In this document: positions 1 to 9,993 of the stretch, piece by piece | How positions within the stretch are numbered: the stretch's first letter is position 1 | Layout of the letters: each line of letters starts with the position of its first letter | Source of the DNA: an uncultured Alphaproteobacteria bacterium | GTDB lineage: Bacteria > Pseudomonadota > Alphaproteobacteria > Rhizobiales > Hyphomicrobiaceae | Assembly: GCA_963786675.1 (NCBI GenBank) | Contig: CAWAZY010000001.1 | Location: forward strand, 157,102 to 221,101 | Reading direction: 5' to 3' | Length of the DNA stretch: 64,000 bases | Program-made: the position numbers and the translations under genes | Notes under the pieces: generated by a model | Database searches by the model: none | What the model saw: the letters and a program-made list of their open reading frames with translations, nothing else | Told to the model about the DNA's origin: nothing

Positions 1-666
1 CGCTTCCGATCAGATAGGCGATCAAGCCAAACGTGGCCGCGGCGATCATCACCGGCACGATGGCGAGCCCGTCCAAGCCGTCCGTCAGATTGACCGAATT
101 GCCAGCCCCGGCAATGACCAGGACGCCCAGCACAATGAAGAACGGGCCGAGGTCGATCAGCGTATCCTTGAAGAAGGGCAGGGCGAGCTTGCCCGCGAGT
201 TGAGGCGACGACAACGACATCAAAACCCAGGCCGCGATCGCCGCGACTAGAATTTCCAGGCCCAGACGTGCGCGTCCACCAAACCCGCTCGCGTGCTGCT
301 TCGTCACCTTCAGATAATCGTCGTAGAACCCGATCGCGCCATAGGTCAGGGTCACAATAAGCACGACCCAGACATACATGTTCGACCAGTCCGACCACAT
401 CAATGTGGAGAAGGTCACACTGGCGAGGATCATCAAGCCGCCCATGGTCGGCGTGCCGCGCTTGGCCAGATGGGTCTGCGGTCCATCTTCGCGGATCGGC
501 TGGCCTTTGCCCTGCTTGATGCGCAACAGGTCGATGATCGCCGGTCCGAAGAGCATGACGAAGAGCAGAGAGGTAAATATCGCGCCGCCGGTCCGGAACG
601 TGATGTACCGGAAAACGTTCAGCGGTCCGATCTGGTCGCTGAATTGAACCAGCTCATAGAGCATGC
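1..666 (-). CDS. mraY: Phospho-N-acetylmuramoyl-pentapeptide transferase MraY, N-terminal part (gene runs off the window edge)
   Basis: Not in the ORF track. The reverse complement from ATG (comp. 664-666) reads [34 protein letters not shown]...[13 protein letters not shown]...[18 protein letters not shown], a typical MraY. It lies directly downstream of murF. Confidence 0.9.
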
Positions 667-742
667 GGTCTTCTCCCCCTCGATCCCCGCTGGCGCAACG
701 GCCCAACTGACCTGCGCGACAATCTTCTATACTGCCTGACGC

Positions 743-2194
743 TTAATGCGAACCGCGGAACTTTGCCTTCATCGCGTCCACCAGGATCGCCATGCGCGAC
801 CCGTTGGACCCTTTCACGACGACGGCATCACCCCCCCTGAGGACGGAAAGCAGCGGCACCTCGAGTTCGCGCGACGATGGCGCCCACGCTCCGCGCTTGT
901 CCGCTGGTAACGCATGGAAAAGATGCGACATATGTTCACCGGCTGCAAAAACGAGGTCGACCCCGGCGTCCACCACCGCGCCCGCCAATCCGGCGTGCAT
1001 TTGGTCGGCCTCGGCGCCCAGTTCGCGCATGTCGCCGAGAACGGCGATGCGGCGGGGAAACGCGTCGCGCGGCACGCCCGGCAGCACCGAAAGCGCCGCG
1101 CGCATTGAAACCGGATTGGCGTTGTAGCTCTCGTCGATCAGCAGAATAGGACCGCTGGGCCCCTCGAGCAGAGTGCGCGACCCGCGGCCGGCCGGAGGCC
1201 CGAATGCCGCCAAGGCACCCAAGGCCATTTCCGTATTGGCGCCGGCGGTGTCGAGAGCAGCGAGAACCAACCCGGCATTCATGGCCATGTGATCGCCCAC
1301 GGCGCCGATCATGAACGACACCTCGCCCCGCGTGCCGCCGCGCGCCGCCGTGATCTCGCTGGTATTGGCCGTCGACCGCACGGAATTGAGGACCACGGCC
1401 TCGTCGGCGTCCCCCGCCAGGATCGCTTGCGCCGCAACGTGCGTTTTCATCACGCCAACAATATGTGCGCCGCACGCGCGAGCGGCTGCAGCCAGACGCG
1501 AGCCATGCGGGTTATCGAGATTAATCACCGCCGCGCCGCCTGTGACGAGCCCGGTGAAAATCTCCGCCTTGGCGTCGGCAATCGCCTCTTCATTCGGGAA
1601 GTTTTCGATGTGCGCCGCCGCCACGGTCGTCACGATGGCCACATGCGGCGACACCATCGCCGTCAACGGCGTGATCTCGCCGGCGTGGTTCATGCCGATC
1701 TCAAAAATCGCATAGCGCGTTTCGGACGGCATGCGGGCAAGCGTCAGCGGCACGCCCCAGTGATTGTTGAACGACTTGTCGGACGCATGTGTCGGACCGA
1801 GCACCGAACACGCGAGCCGCAGCATTTCCTTGGTGGTCGTCTTGCCGGCACTGCCCGTCACGGCAATGACGCGCGCTTCGGGGACAAGCCGACGGCGTGC
1901 GGCGCGGCCGATGCGTTCGAGGGCGCGCAAGGGATCGTCGACCCGGATCAACGCGCCGTCGCCGGCCTGCCGGGCATAGCCAGCCGACACGAGTGCCGCG
2001 GCGGCGCCATTGCGAAAGGCCGTCGATACGAAGTCATGACCGTCGCGCTGATCTTTGAGCGCGACGAAAACATCGCCTGCGGCCAGCGACCGGGTGTCGA
2101 TGGAAAAGCCGGAAATGCCGCTGCGCGGCGCGCCGTCCGCCACGCCTTCGGCGGCGGCGACCAGATCTTCAAAGCTCCATAGGGGGCGCGTCAT
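743..2194 (-). CDS. murF: UDP-N-acetylmuramoyl-tripeptide--D-alanyl-D-alanine ligase
   Basis: 483-aa ORF with Mur-ligase P-loop GSAGKTTTKEM. Its start overlaps the murE stop in an ATGA junction (2191-2194). Confidence 0.92.
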   Translation of the reverse strand: MTRPLWSFEDLVAAAEGVADGAPRSGISGFSIDTRSLAAGDVFVALKDQRDGHDFVSTAFRNGAAAALVSAGYARQAGDGALIRVDDPLRALERIGRAARRRLVPEARVIAVTGSAGKTTTKEMLRLACSVLGPTHASDKSFNNHWGVPLTLARMPSETRYAIFEIGMNHAGEITPLTAMVSPHVAIVTTVAAAHIENFPNEEAIADAKAEIFTGLVTGGAAVINLDNPHGSRLAAAARACGAHIVGVMKTHVAAQAILAGDADEAVVLNSVRSTANTSEITAARGGTRGEVSFMIGAVGDHMAMNAGLVLAALDTAGANTEMALGALAAFGPPAGRGSRTLLEGPSGPILLIDESYNANPVSMRAALSVLPGVPRDAFPRRIAVLGDMRELGAEADQMHAGLAGAVVDAGVDLVFAAGEHMSHLFHALPADKRGAWAPSSRELEVPLLSVLRGGDAVVVKGSNGSRMAILVDAMKAKFRGSH

Positions 2195-3639
2195 GCGAGG
2201 TCGAGGCTCTCTTTGAGTTCGTCGTGATCGCTGAATGGCAGCACGGCATCCCCCACGATCTGCCCCGTCTCGTGACCCTTGCCCGCAACCACCACGACAT
2301 CCCCGGGCTGCAGCATGGCCACAGAATGGCGAATGGCCGCGCGGCGATCGCCTATTTCCAGTGCGCCAGGGGCTGCGGCCAGGATCTCCGCGCGGATGGC
2401 CGCCGGGACTTCACTGCGCGGGTTGTCGTCGGTCACGATCACGACGTCGGCGGTCTGGGCTGCGATTGAGCCCATGATCGCGCGCTTGCCCCTATCGCGG
2501 TCGCCGCCACAGCCGAAAACACAGATGAGCCGCCCGGTCACGAACGGACGGCAAGCCTCGAGCGCGGCCGTCAGCGCCTCCGGCTTATGGGCATAATCGA
2601 CCACCGCCAGCCCGCCGTTTCGCTGACCGATGATTTCCAGCCGCCCCTTGACGCCGGACAGCTTGGCGAGCGCCGGCACGACATCGCCGGCCGAGGCGCC
2701 CAGCGCCAACGCAAGACCGGCCGCGACGAGCGCGTTCTCGACCTGGTAGGCGCCCACGAGCGGCAGGTCGACGTGGAAGGTCCGGCCGGCGTGGCTGAGC
2801 ACGAGTTTCTGAGCAAATCCCTGCGTGATGACGCTTTCGGCGGTCAGGTCCCGGCCGGCACGGCCAACGGTCCACACACGCCGTCCCGTCCCGCCCGCAA
2901 TGGCGGCGACGTCCTCGGCGCGCGCCCCATCCGCGTTGACGACGACCGGTGCTGTGGCAGGCAGCAACTCTCTGAACAGGCGCAGCTTGGCATCCAGATA
3001 GGCCTCGACGGTCGGATGGTAATCCATGTGATCGCGGCCCAGGTTCGTGAAAGCCGCCGCAACGAGCCGCACCCCGTCCAAGCGATGCTGGTCAAGACCA
3101 TGCGACGACGCTTCCATGGCGAGATGGGTGACGCCCGCGCGCGCCATATCCGCCAGAGTCTTGTGCAGCGTGATGGGATCGGGCGTCGTCAGCGAGCCAT
3201 AGACCGCGCCTTTCGGGGTCACCACGCCGATGGTGCCCAGTGACGCGGCCTGATGGCCCAGCTCCGCGAAAATCTGCCGCGTGAATTCGGCCACCGAGGT
3301 CTTGCCGCTGGTGCCGGTGACGGCAACGACGTTCTGCGGCTGGCCAGCGTAGACGTGGGCCGCCAGTGCCGCCAACGCACGCCGCGGATCGGCGCACCGC
3401 ACGATCGGGATCGACACACCCTCAGGCACCGCCGCGGTATCTCCCGCAACGGCTGCCACCGCGCCACGCACCGCGGCATCGGCAATATAGGCCCCGCCGT
3501 CAGCCTTGGTCCCGGGAATGGCGACAAATAGATCACCCGGCGCAACCGTGCGGCTGTCCGCCGAAAGGCCTGTCACCACAACCGGCGCCGCATGGGCCGG
3601 GATGTCGAGTGAGAGCTGAGAAAAGTCCGATAGGCGCAT
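2191..3639 (-). CDS. murE: UDP-N-acetylmuramoyl-L-alanyl-D-glutamate--2,6-diaminopimelate ligase
   Basis: Track ORF 2191-3780 trimmed to ATG at comp. 3637-3639 (MRLSDFSQL...). P-loop TGTSGKTS and the DNPRSE motif typical of meso-DAP-adding MurE are present. Confidence 0.9.
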   Translation of the reverse strand: MRLSDFSQLSLDIPAHAAPVVVTGLSADSRTVAPGDLFVAIPGTKADGGAYIADAAVRGAVAAVAGDTAAVPEGVSIPIVRCADPRRALAALAAHVYAGQPQNVVAVTGTSGKTSVAEFTRQIFAELGHQAASLGTIGVVTPKGAVYGSLTTPDPITLHKTLADMARAGVTHLAMEASSHGLDQHRLDGVRLVAAAFTNLGRDHMDYHPTVEAYLDAKLRLFRELLPATAPVVVNADGARAEDVAAIAGGTGRRVWTVGRAGRDLTAESVITQGFAQKLVLSHAGRTFHVDLPLVGAYQVENALVAAGLALALGASAGDVVPALAKLSGVKGRLEIIGQRNGGLAVVDYAHKPEALTAALEACRPFVTGRLICVFGCGGDRDRGKRAIMGSIAAQTADVVIVTDDNPRSEVPAAIRAEILAAAPGALEIGDRRAAIRHSVAMLQPGDVVVVAGKGHETGQIVGDAVLPFSDHDELKESLDLA

Positions 3640-4168
3640 TGAGGGCCCGGGCTGCTTGCTCAATTCAGGTTGCACCAGAAACTTGCTAAACGCACAAAGC
3701 CGCGCGGCGCGGGCCGGCTGCAGGCGACCCGGCAGGACCTCACCCCTGCAGGGTTTAGGTTGCGCCGCCCTGTCCGTCAAACGTTGCCGGGGTCCGGCGG
3801 CCAGGTGCCTGAGCGGTTATCTGGATCGCTGCGCGCCCCAATTGACGCAGGCCCCCATCGCGCTGGCTCCAGCGCGGGCGCAGGACTCAACACGCCGTGA
3901 AGCCAACTTGAAGGCCGGCAACGCCCATGAAGCTGTGAAACCCGCCAAAGGACGCAGGATCAACATTGCTGTTCCGTCACGTTTCACACCGCATCCGGAT
4001 CACTTCACACGACATCAATTAAAGCGTGAATTCCGGCACGGCATCGTGACTGGCAAGAGAGCGTGCGGCTGACTACGTGGGGGTCATCGGCGCTGCGATA
4101 TCCGCTTCGCCCGGACACGGTCCCTCAATGAGGACCTCTACAGAAAATTCAATCTAAGGAGACTGCCC

Positions 4169-4477
4169 ATGATCCGTTCGTTGTCACTTGCCGCCCTTCT
4201 TTCCGCTGGCCTCGCCATGCCCGCCTTCGCCGCCGAAGACGCATCGGCCCAGAGCGGCGCTGCCGATCCGGCCGTCTTTGCCGCCCAGCTGACGTCGGCC
4301 GCCCACGCCAAGCAGGCCCGCCAGATTCTCATCGGCCGCGGTTATACGCAGGTCTCTGATCTGTCGCGTTCGGAGAACGGCTATTGGACCGGTTCGGCCG
4401 TGAAAAACGGCAAGGTCACCGCCGTTTCGGTGAAGCTGCCCCCGAACCTGGGTTCTCAGGGCCCGGCCACGAACTAA
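4169..4477 (+). CDS. Small secreted protein, PepSY-like C-terminal region
   Basis: 102 aa with signal peptide MIRSLSLAALLSAGLAMPAFAAE. AGGAG lies 7 nt upstream of the ATG. The tail GYTQVSDLSRSENGYWTGSAVKNGKVTAVSV resembles PepSY-type domains. Confidence 0.6.
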   Translation: MIRSLSLAALLSAGLAMPAFAAEDASAQSGAADPAVFAAQLTSAAHAKQARQILIGRGYTQVSDLSRSENGYWTGSAVKNGKVTAVSVKLPPNLGSQGPATN

Positions 4478-4636
4478 TTGCCGTCACGTGCGTTTCAACG
4501 AAAAGGGCATCAAAGCTCAAAAGTTGAGACGACATGAGTAGCGTGCCGGAACCATATCTGCCGGCATACCCGGCGCCCGTTGCCTTAGGCAGCGTGGCGC
4601 CGGTTTCTTTTGAGCTGACCGAGGCTAAGGGAAGCC

Positions 4637-6457
4637 TCAGCCCTTCTTGGGATCTTGCACGACCCGGATCGACAATTCGCGCAGCTGCTTGGGCGAGGCT
4701 TCTGACGGCGCGCTCATGAGCAAGTCGGCGGCCTGCTGGTTCATCGGGAACAGCGCGACCTCACGCACCGTCCGGCAGTTCGTCAGCAGCATCACGATCC
4801 GCTCGATACCCGCTGCCATGCCGCCATGCGGCGGGGCGCCGTACTGGAAGGCCCGATAAAGGCCGCCAAAGCGATCCTCGACGTCCTTCTTCGATAGCCC
4901 CGTGATCTCGAATGCCTTGACCATGGTGTCCGGCAGATGGTTTCGCACCGAACCGGATGCGATTTCATAGCCGTTGCAGACGATGTCGTACTGATTGGCC
5001 TTTAGAGCCAGCAGCGCGTCACGGCCCTCGGCCTCCGCCTTCTCCAGCGCCTCGCGCCCGCCCTTGGGCATCGAGAACGGGTTGTGCGAGAAGTCGATCT
5101 TCTTGTCTTCCTCGCTCCATTCGTAGAACGGGAAATCGACGATCCAGGCCAGTGCGTACTGATCCTCGTTATTCAGCTTCAGTTCGTGTCCGACGCGGTC
5201 GCGCGCGGCACCGGCGAACTTGTGGAAGTTGGCCGGGTTGCCGGCAGCGAAGAAGGCCGCGTCGCCGGTCTTGAGGCCAAGTTGCTTCTGGATGGCCTCG
5301 GCTCGCTCGGCGCCAATGTTCTTGGCGATCGGACCCGCACCGGCGGCCCCTTCCTCCTCGCGCCAGAAAATATACCCAAGTCCCGGCTGGCCTTCGCCCT
5401 GTGCCCAGGAGTTCATGCGGTCGCAGAAGGCGCGAGAACCACCGGTCGGCGCAGGGATCGCCCACACCCGCACCTTCGGGTCCTTTTCAATCATGCCCGC
5501 GAAGACCTTGAAGCCGCTCCCCCGGAAATGCTCGGTCACATCCTGCATCTCGATCGGGTTGCGCAGATCAGGCTTATCGGAGCCGTACTTGGCGATGGCC
5601 TCGTCATAGGGAATACGCGGCCACTTGGCCGTCACCGGCTTCCCGTTTGAGAATTCTTTGAAAATGTCGGTGAGGATCGGCTCCATGGTCTGGAACACAT
5701 CCTCCTGCTCGACAAAACTCATCTCGACGTCGAGCTGATAGAACTCGCCCGGCAGACGGTCGGCGCGGGGATCTTCGTCGCGGAAGCACGGTGCGATCTG
5801 GAAGTAGCGGTCGAAGCCCGACACCATCAACAGCTGCTTGTACTGCTGCGGGGCTTGCGGCAGGGCGTAGAACTTGCCGGGATGAATGCGCGACGGCACC
5901 AGGAAGTCGCGCGCACCTTCTGGCGATGAGGCCGTCAGGATCGGCGTCGGGAACTCGTTGAAGTTCGCATCATGCATACGGCGGCGAATCGACTTCGTGA
6001 TCTCCAGCCGCTTCATGATGATCGCGTGCAGCGTCTCGCGGCGCAAATCGAGGAACCGGTATTGCAGTCGCAGGTCTTCCGGATAGTCTGGCTCACCGAA
6101 CACGGGAACGGGCAGTTCCTTGGCTTCCGACAGGACCTCGATTTCCGTGGCGTAGACTTCGATGGCCCCGGTCGCCAATTCGGCGTTCTCGGTACCCTCC
6201 GGCCGCTGCCGGACTTTGCCGTCGATGCGCACCACCCATTCGGAACGCAACATCTCCGCGGTCTTGAAAGCTGGCGAATCCGGGTCGGCCACCACTTGGG
6301 TCAGCCCATAGTGGTCGCGCAGATCGATGAACAGCACGCCGCCGTGGTCGCGCACACGATGCACCCAACCCGAAAGACGGGCGACTGACCCGATGTCGGT
6401 CGCCCGCAGTCCGCCGCAGGTGGTGGATCGATAGCGATGCATCTTGGCCGCGCTCAT
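4637..6457 (-). CDS. aspS: Aspartyl-tRNA synthetase
   Basis: 606 aa, with [22 protein letters not shown] (OB-fold N-terminus), [10 protein letters not shown] (class II motif 2) and [14 protein letters not shown] (motif 3). An alternative ATG lies at 6442. Confidence 0.95.
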   Translation of the reverse strand: MSAAKMHRYRSTTCGGLRATDIGSVARLSGWVHRVRDHGGVLFIDLRDHYGLTQVVADPDSPAFKTAEMLRSEWVVRIDGKVRQRPEGTENAELATGAIEVYATEIEVLSEAKELPVPVFGEPDYPEDLRLQYRFLDLRRETLHAIIMKRLEITKSIRRRMHDANFNEFPTPILTASSPEGARDFLVPSRIHPGKFYALPQAPQQYKQLLMVSGFDRYFQIAPCFRDEDPRADRLPGEFYQLDVEMSFVEQEDVFQTMEPILTDIFKEFSNGKPVTAKWPRIPYDEAIAKYGSDKPDLRNPIEMQDVTEHFRGSGFKVFAGMIEKDPKVRVWAIPAPTGGSRAFCDRMNSWAQGEGQPGLGYIFWREEEGAAGAGPIAKNIGAERAEAIQKQLGLKTGDAAFFAAGNPANFHKFAGAARDRVGHELKLNNEDQYALAWIVDFPFYEWSEEDKKIDFSHNPFSMPKGGREALEKAEAEGRDALLALKANQYDIVCNGYEIASGSVRNHLPDTMVKAFEITGLSKKDVEDRFGGLYRAFQYGAPPHGGMAAGIERIVMLLTNCRTVREVALFPMNQQAADLLMSAPSEASPKQLRELSIRVVQDPKKG

Positions 6458-6730
6458 GGCCCAAGTCCCTTATTTCTGTGCTGGGGAAAATCGGGCCGGA
6501 GAAGCGCACGGGGTATGGTGAATGTCAAGGCCGCAGGGGGTGGCGGCACCCTCCCGAGGGCTGTGGCGGCGCGCGGTTTGCCCCATTGGCAAACGGGCCT
6601 CCCGGCAGCGCCAGAGCACGGCATCGTAAGGATTTCTTAACCAAGAGAAGGCAACGATTTCGATATCTTATGCCGGACTGCGGACATTCGTCCCTGCGGC
6701 GGCCAGTGACAGCGTGTGGGACCTAACACG

Positions 6731-6973
6731 ATGAAAACGGAACTCCTCGACCTCGACAGCCTTGAACGGCTCATTTCGCGGCACACCGGGACGACCGGCA
6801 ATCCGGGATCCATCGACGAACCGGAGCACCCTCTGGCCCGCGAACTGCGCAGCGTGTTGACCAACAAGGACGCGCATAAGGTCGGCGACCTGGCCCGCGT
6901 GGTGGAAAGCATCTTGCGCGAAATGTCGATGATCAAGTCGGATATGACATCCGGCCCTGGCTCATCGAACTGA
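6731..6973 (+). CDS. Hypothetical small protein (80 aa)
   Basis: Track ORF 6716-6973 trimmed to ATG 6731 (MKTELLDLDSLERL...). Third codon positions are strongly G/C-biased, like the neighbouring real genes. I recognise no family. Confidence 0.45.
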   Translation: MKTELLDLDSLERLISRHTGTTGNPGSIDEPEHPLARELRSVLTNKDAHKVGDLARVVESILREMSMIKSDMTSGPGSSN

Positions 6974-7067
6974 GCCGCCGCCAATTCGGCCCCTGCCGCT
7001 CTTCGAAGCGTGATCTAGGACCGGTGCGATCCCGGACCTCACGTCGCGACGGCGCGAGCGTTAAAGC

Positions 7068-8603
7068 TCAAATGATGAAGAAGTCGGCAGCCGAAAGCGT
7101 GGGCTTTGTCGTCAGCGTCGCGAAGTGGACCATGCCGCCATTGGCGCTACCGTTGCTGTCGTAGTACAGCGCGCCCACGGCTTTATTGTAGATCACGTAG
7201 TCGTTCGCATCGAGCGCCTTGGTTCCAACGCGGAAATGCGCCGCGCTCATGGCGCCCAATTTGGCGAGCTTCGTGAAGATCGCATTCTCCAGAAGGAATA
7301 GGTCGTTATTTCCGGCGGCGTTCGTGAAGTCGGTGATGATGTCGCGATTTGCCGCGCCACTCGGTGCGGTGTTGAACAGAAAACTGTCGTTGCCGCCGCC
7401 ACCTGTAAGCCGGTCGTGACCCGCCCCACCGGCAATAATATTATTTGCCGAATTGCCTAAGATCGTATTGGCGAGCCCGTTGCCTGTCCCATTGATGGCA
7501 TCCGTGCCGCGCAGGTAGAGATATTCCACGTTCGCACCGAGGCGGGTGGTGACGGTCGCATTGACGGAATCAGCACCCGCCCCTGCAGCTTCGACGACGA
7601 CGTCTCCCAGGCTGTCGACCCAGTACTTGTCGCTGCCTCTGCCGCCGACCAGCCTGTCATTACCCGCCCCACCATCGAGGACGTTGGCGCCCGCGTTACC
7701 AGTGAGCACGTTGTTTTGTGCGTTGCCCGTGCCGTTGAGATTGGCGACGCCCAAAAGGCGCAGGTCGATCGCGCCATCGCCCAGGACCGTGCTGGCGGAG
7801 GAAAAGATCGTGTCCCCGTCGACCAGATCGACCTTGGCGTTTAGTCCGCCGCCTGAAATGGTCACGGTGACTGGGCCCGGCAGGGGCCCGCCCGAGAAAG
7901 TCACAACCGCGTTGGTTGATGGCGCGGCGACGGCATAGCCGCCCGCACTTGCGGTGATGTCCTGGCCCAAATTGATTTCGCCAGATGAGACGTTGACCGC
8001 GATGCCCGCCGTTCCTTCGCCCACGTCATAGAACCGGTCGCCGTCGTGGTCCGTGTAGGCGACGCCCGTAATAAAGACGTCCGTACCCGATTTGGCGAAA
8101 TTCTCGGTTGCCATGACGGCGTTGTAGGTCGTGCTGCCCGACGTGAAGCGCCCCTCTTCGATGCCGGTGCCGAGTTCGCGGAAGCTACCATTCAAGATGT
8201 TGACGCGGTGGCCCGCGCTCAGAAACAGGTTGCGATGCAGGCTGGCCGTATACAATTCCAGATCCGGCGTTCCTGTCGTCCCTATCCAGGCGATGTTCTC
8301 GCCCCACGTCCAATTTCCCGCAAAGACGTACCCCGCATCGGCCATACGGTCGCCAGGATCGGATCCCCCCACGCCGGTATGCGAGAAGCGGTCCGTATCA
8401 ATCATCCATTGGCTGTGGGCGCGCGCCGCGTCGAGGAGAAGTTCGTTGGGTGCCAGGACCTGCCGGGCACCCCCCACCAGCGTGCCAGCCGGCAGATCCT
8501 TGTTCAGAGCAATACCGTACCGCGCCGCCTCCCCCGCGGGGTCGAGACGGGCCCGATTGACAAGCTCTAAAAGCAACTGCTCAAACGCGGTGAGCTCAGA
8601 CAT
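7068..8603 (-). CDS. CAP/SCP (PR-1-like) domain protein with RTX calcium-binding repeats, probable type I secretion substrate
   Basis: 511 aa with no N-terminal signal peptide. The N-terminal ~170 aa have the bacterial CAP/YkwD-like pattern (LVNRARLD..., AHSQWM...FSHTG, GENIAW, SAGHRVNIL). Two blocks of GGxGxD nonapeptides are present (GNAGANVLDGGAGNDRLVGGRGSD; GNSANNIIAGGAGHDRLTGGGGNDSF). The hydrophobic/acidic C-terminus is ...LSAADFFII. Confidence 0.8.
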   Translation of the reverse strand: MSELTAFEQLLLELVNRARLDPAGEAARYGIALNKDLPAGTLVGGARQVLAPNELLLDAARAHSQWMIDTDRFSHTGVGGSDPGDRMADAGYVFAGNWTWGENIAWIGTTGTPDLELYTASLHRNLFLSAGHRVNILNGSFRELGTGIEEGRFTSGSTTYNAVMATENFAKSGTDVFITGVAYTDHDGDRFYDVGEGTAGIAVNVSSGEINLGQDITASAGGYAVAAPSTNAVVTFSGGPLPGPVTVTISGGGLNAKVDLVDGDTIFSSASTVLGDGAIDLRLLGVANLNGTGNAQNNVLTGNAGANVLDGGAGNDRLVGGRGSDKYWVDSLGDVVVEAAGAGADSVNATVTTRLGANVEYLYLRGTDAINGTGNGLANTILGNSANNIIAGGAGHDRLTGGGGNDSFLFNTAPSGAANRDIITDFTNAAGNNDLFLLENAIFTKLAKLGAMSAAHFRVGTKALDANDYVIYNKAVGALYYDSNGSANGGMVHFATLTTKPTLSAADFFII

Positions 8604-8808
8604 CGGGTCAACCTCTGCAGCGGGGCGGTGCGGGCGGTGTTGTGCCGACTATCCACATCCGATGGTGTAAGAACGCTGCACGAAGATGGTTACTCCCAAG
8701 CCAGATCAAATTTGGCAAACAACATGTTAACAAGTCGCCCCGTGGAAAAGTCAGGCCGTCGGTGCTTGCTGCTTTCCTGAGGCCAATTCTGTTGTATACC
8801 GAAGAGCA

Positions 8809-9978
8809 ATGAACCTCGTCACGTCCACCCCCGCTCTCATCGATGTCTGCGACCAGCTCTCGACCGCCGAATTCGTCGCGGTCGATACAGAGTTCATGCG
8901 CGAGCAGACCTTCTGGCCAGAGCTGTGCCTCGTGCAAATCGCCTCCGACAGCGTCGAGGCGATTGTGGACCCCATGGCTGCGGGCCTCGATCTGGGCGTG
9001 TTCTACGAGTTGATGGCGAACGAACGCGTGACCAAGGTCTTCCACGCGGCGCGCCAGGACATCGAAATCATGTTCGCCCAGGCCGGCCGCATTCCCGCGC
9101 CGATTTTCGATACTCAGGTGGCCGCGTCGGTCTGCGGCTACGGCGACAGCGTGAGCTACGTCAATCTCGTCAAGGACATCACCGGGCACGACATCGACAA
9201 GTCCTCGCGCTTCACCGATTGGAGCCGCCGCCCCCTGACCGAAAAGCAACTCGTCTACGCGCTCGGCGACGTGACGCATCTGCGCGACGTCTACCGGCAT
9301 TTGCGCGAGAAGCTGTCAAAGACCGGCCGGGTCAACTGGCTCGACGAGGAAATGGCGGGCCTCACGCACCCAGGCACCTATGTCACCTTGCCGGAGGATG
9401 CCTGGAAGCGATTGAAAATGCGGATCAAGAACCGCAAGTCGTTCGCCGTGCTGATCGAACTGGCTGCGTGGCGGGAGCGCCTCGCGCAATCGCAGAATGT
9501 GCCCCGCAACCGAGTACTGCGCGACGAGGCCCTCTACGACATCGCAAATCAGATGCCAACGACGCCCGAGACGCTGGCTGGGCTGCGGACTCTGAGCGAC
9601 GGGTTCTCGCGATCGCAACGCGCACGCGAGATCGTCGAGGCCGTCAAGACGGGCTTGGCCCGCGATCCGAAGACCTTGCCCGCAATGAACAATGCCCGCG
9701 CGGTCTCGGCCGAGGCCGGCGCCACCATCGAGCTGTTGAAGGTGCTGCTCAAGGCGGCCGCGGCCCGGCATAGGGTGGCGCCGCGCCTGATTGCGGATTC
9801 TGAAGAACTGGAACGCATCGCAGCCGAGGATGAACCCGACATCTTGGCCCTCAAAGGCTGGCGCCGCCAATTGTTCGGCGAAGATGCCTTGCGATTGAAG
9901 CGCGGCCAGTTGGCGCTGACGCTGGCCGGTGGCGAAGTCATGGTCATCCCGGGCGATCGCCAGACGGCGGAAAACTAG
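8809..9978 (+). CDS. rnd: Ribonuclease D
   Basis: 389 aa with DEDD 3'-5' exonuclease motifs (VAVDTEFMRE..., YALGDVTHL) followed by an HRDC-like region. Confidence 0.88.
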   Translation: MNLVTSTPALIDVCDQLSTAEFVAVDTEFMREQTFWPELCLVQIASDSVEAIVDPMAAGLDLGVFYELMANERVTKVFHAARQDIEIMFAQAGRIPAPIFDTQVAASVCGYGDSVSYVNLVKDITGHDIDKSSRFTDWSRRPLTEKQLVYALGDVTHLRDVYRHLREKLSKTGRVNWLDEEMAGLTHPGTYVTLPEDAWKRLKMRIKNRKSFAVLIELAAWRERLAQSQNVPRNRVLRDEALYDIANQMPTTPETLAGLRTLSDGFSRSQRAREIVEAVKTGLARDPKTLPAMNNARAVSAEAGATIELLKVLLKAAAARHRVAPRLIADSEELERIAAEDEPDILALKGWRRQLFGEDALRLKRGQLALTLAGGEVMVIPGDRQTAEN

Positions 9979-9993
9979 CCGCAGAGCAGAGAC

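Noticed and set aside
293-739. 148-aa and 89-aa + strand ORFs at the window start
   Set aside because: They lie antisense to a clear MraY reading frame on the minus strand. They have no family resemblance and are typical high-GC shadow ORFs.
8608-9300. 230-aa minus-strand ORF
   Set aside because: It is antisense to the well-supported rnd gene and has a shadow-ORF composition.
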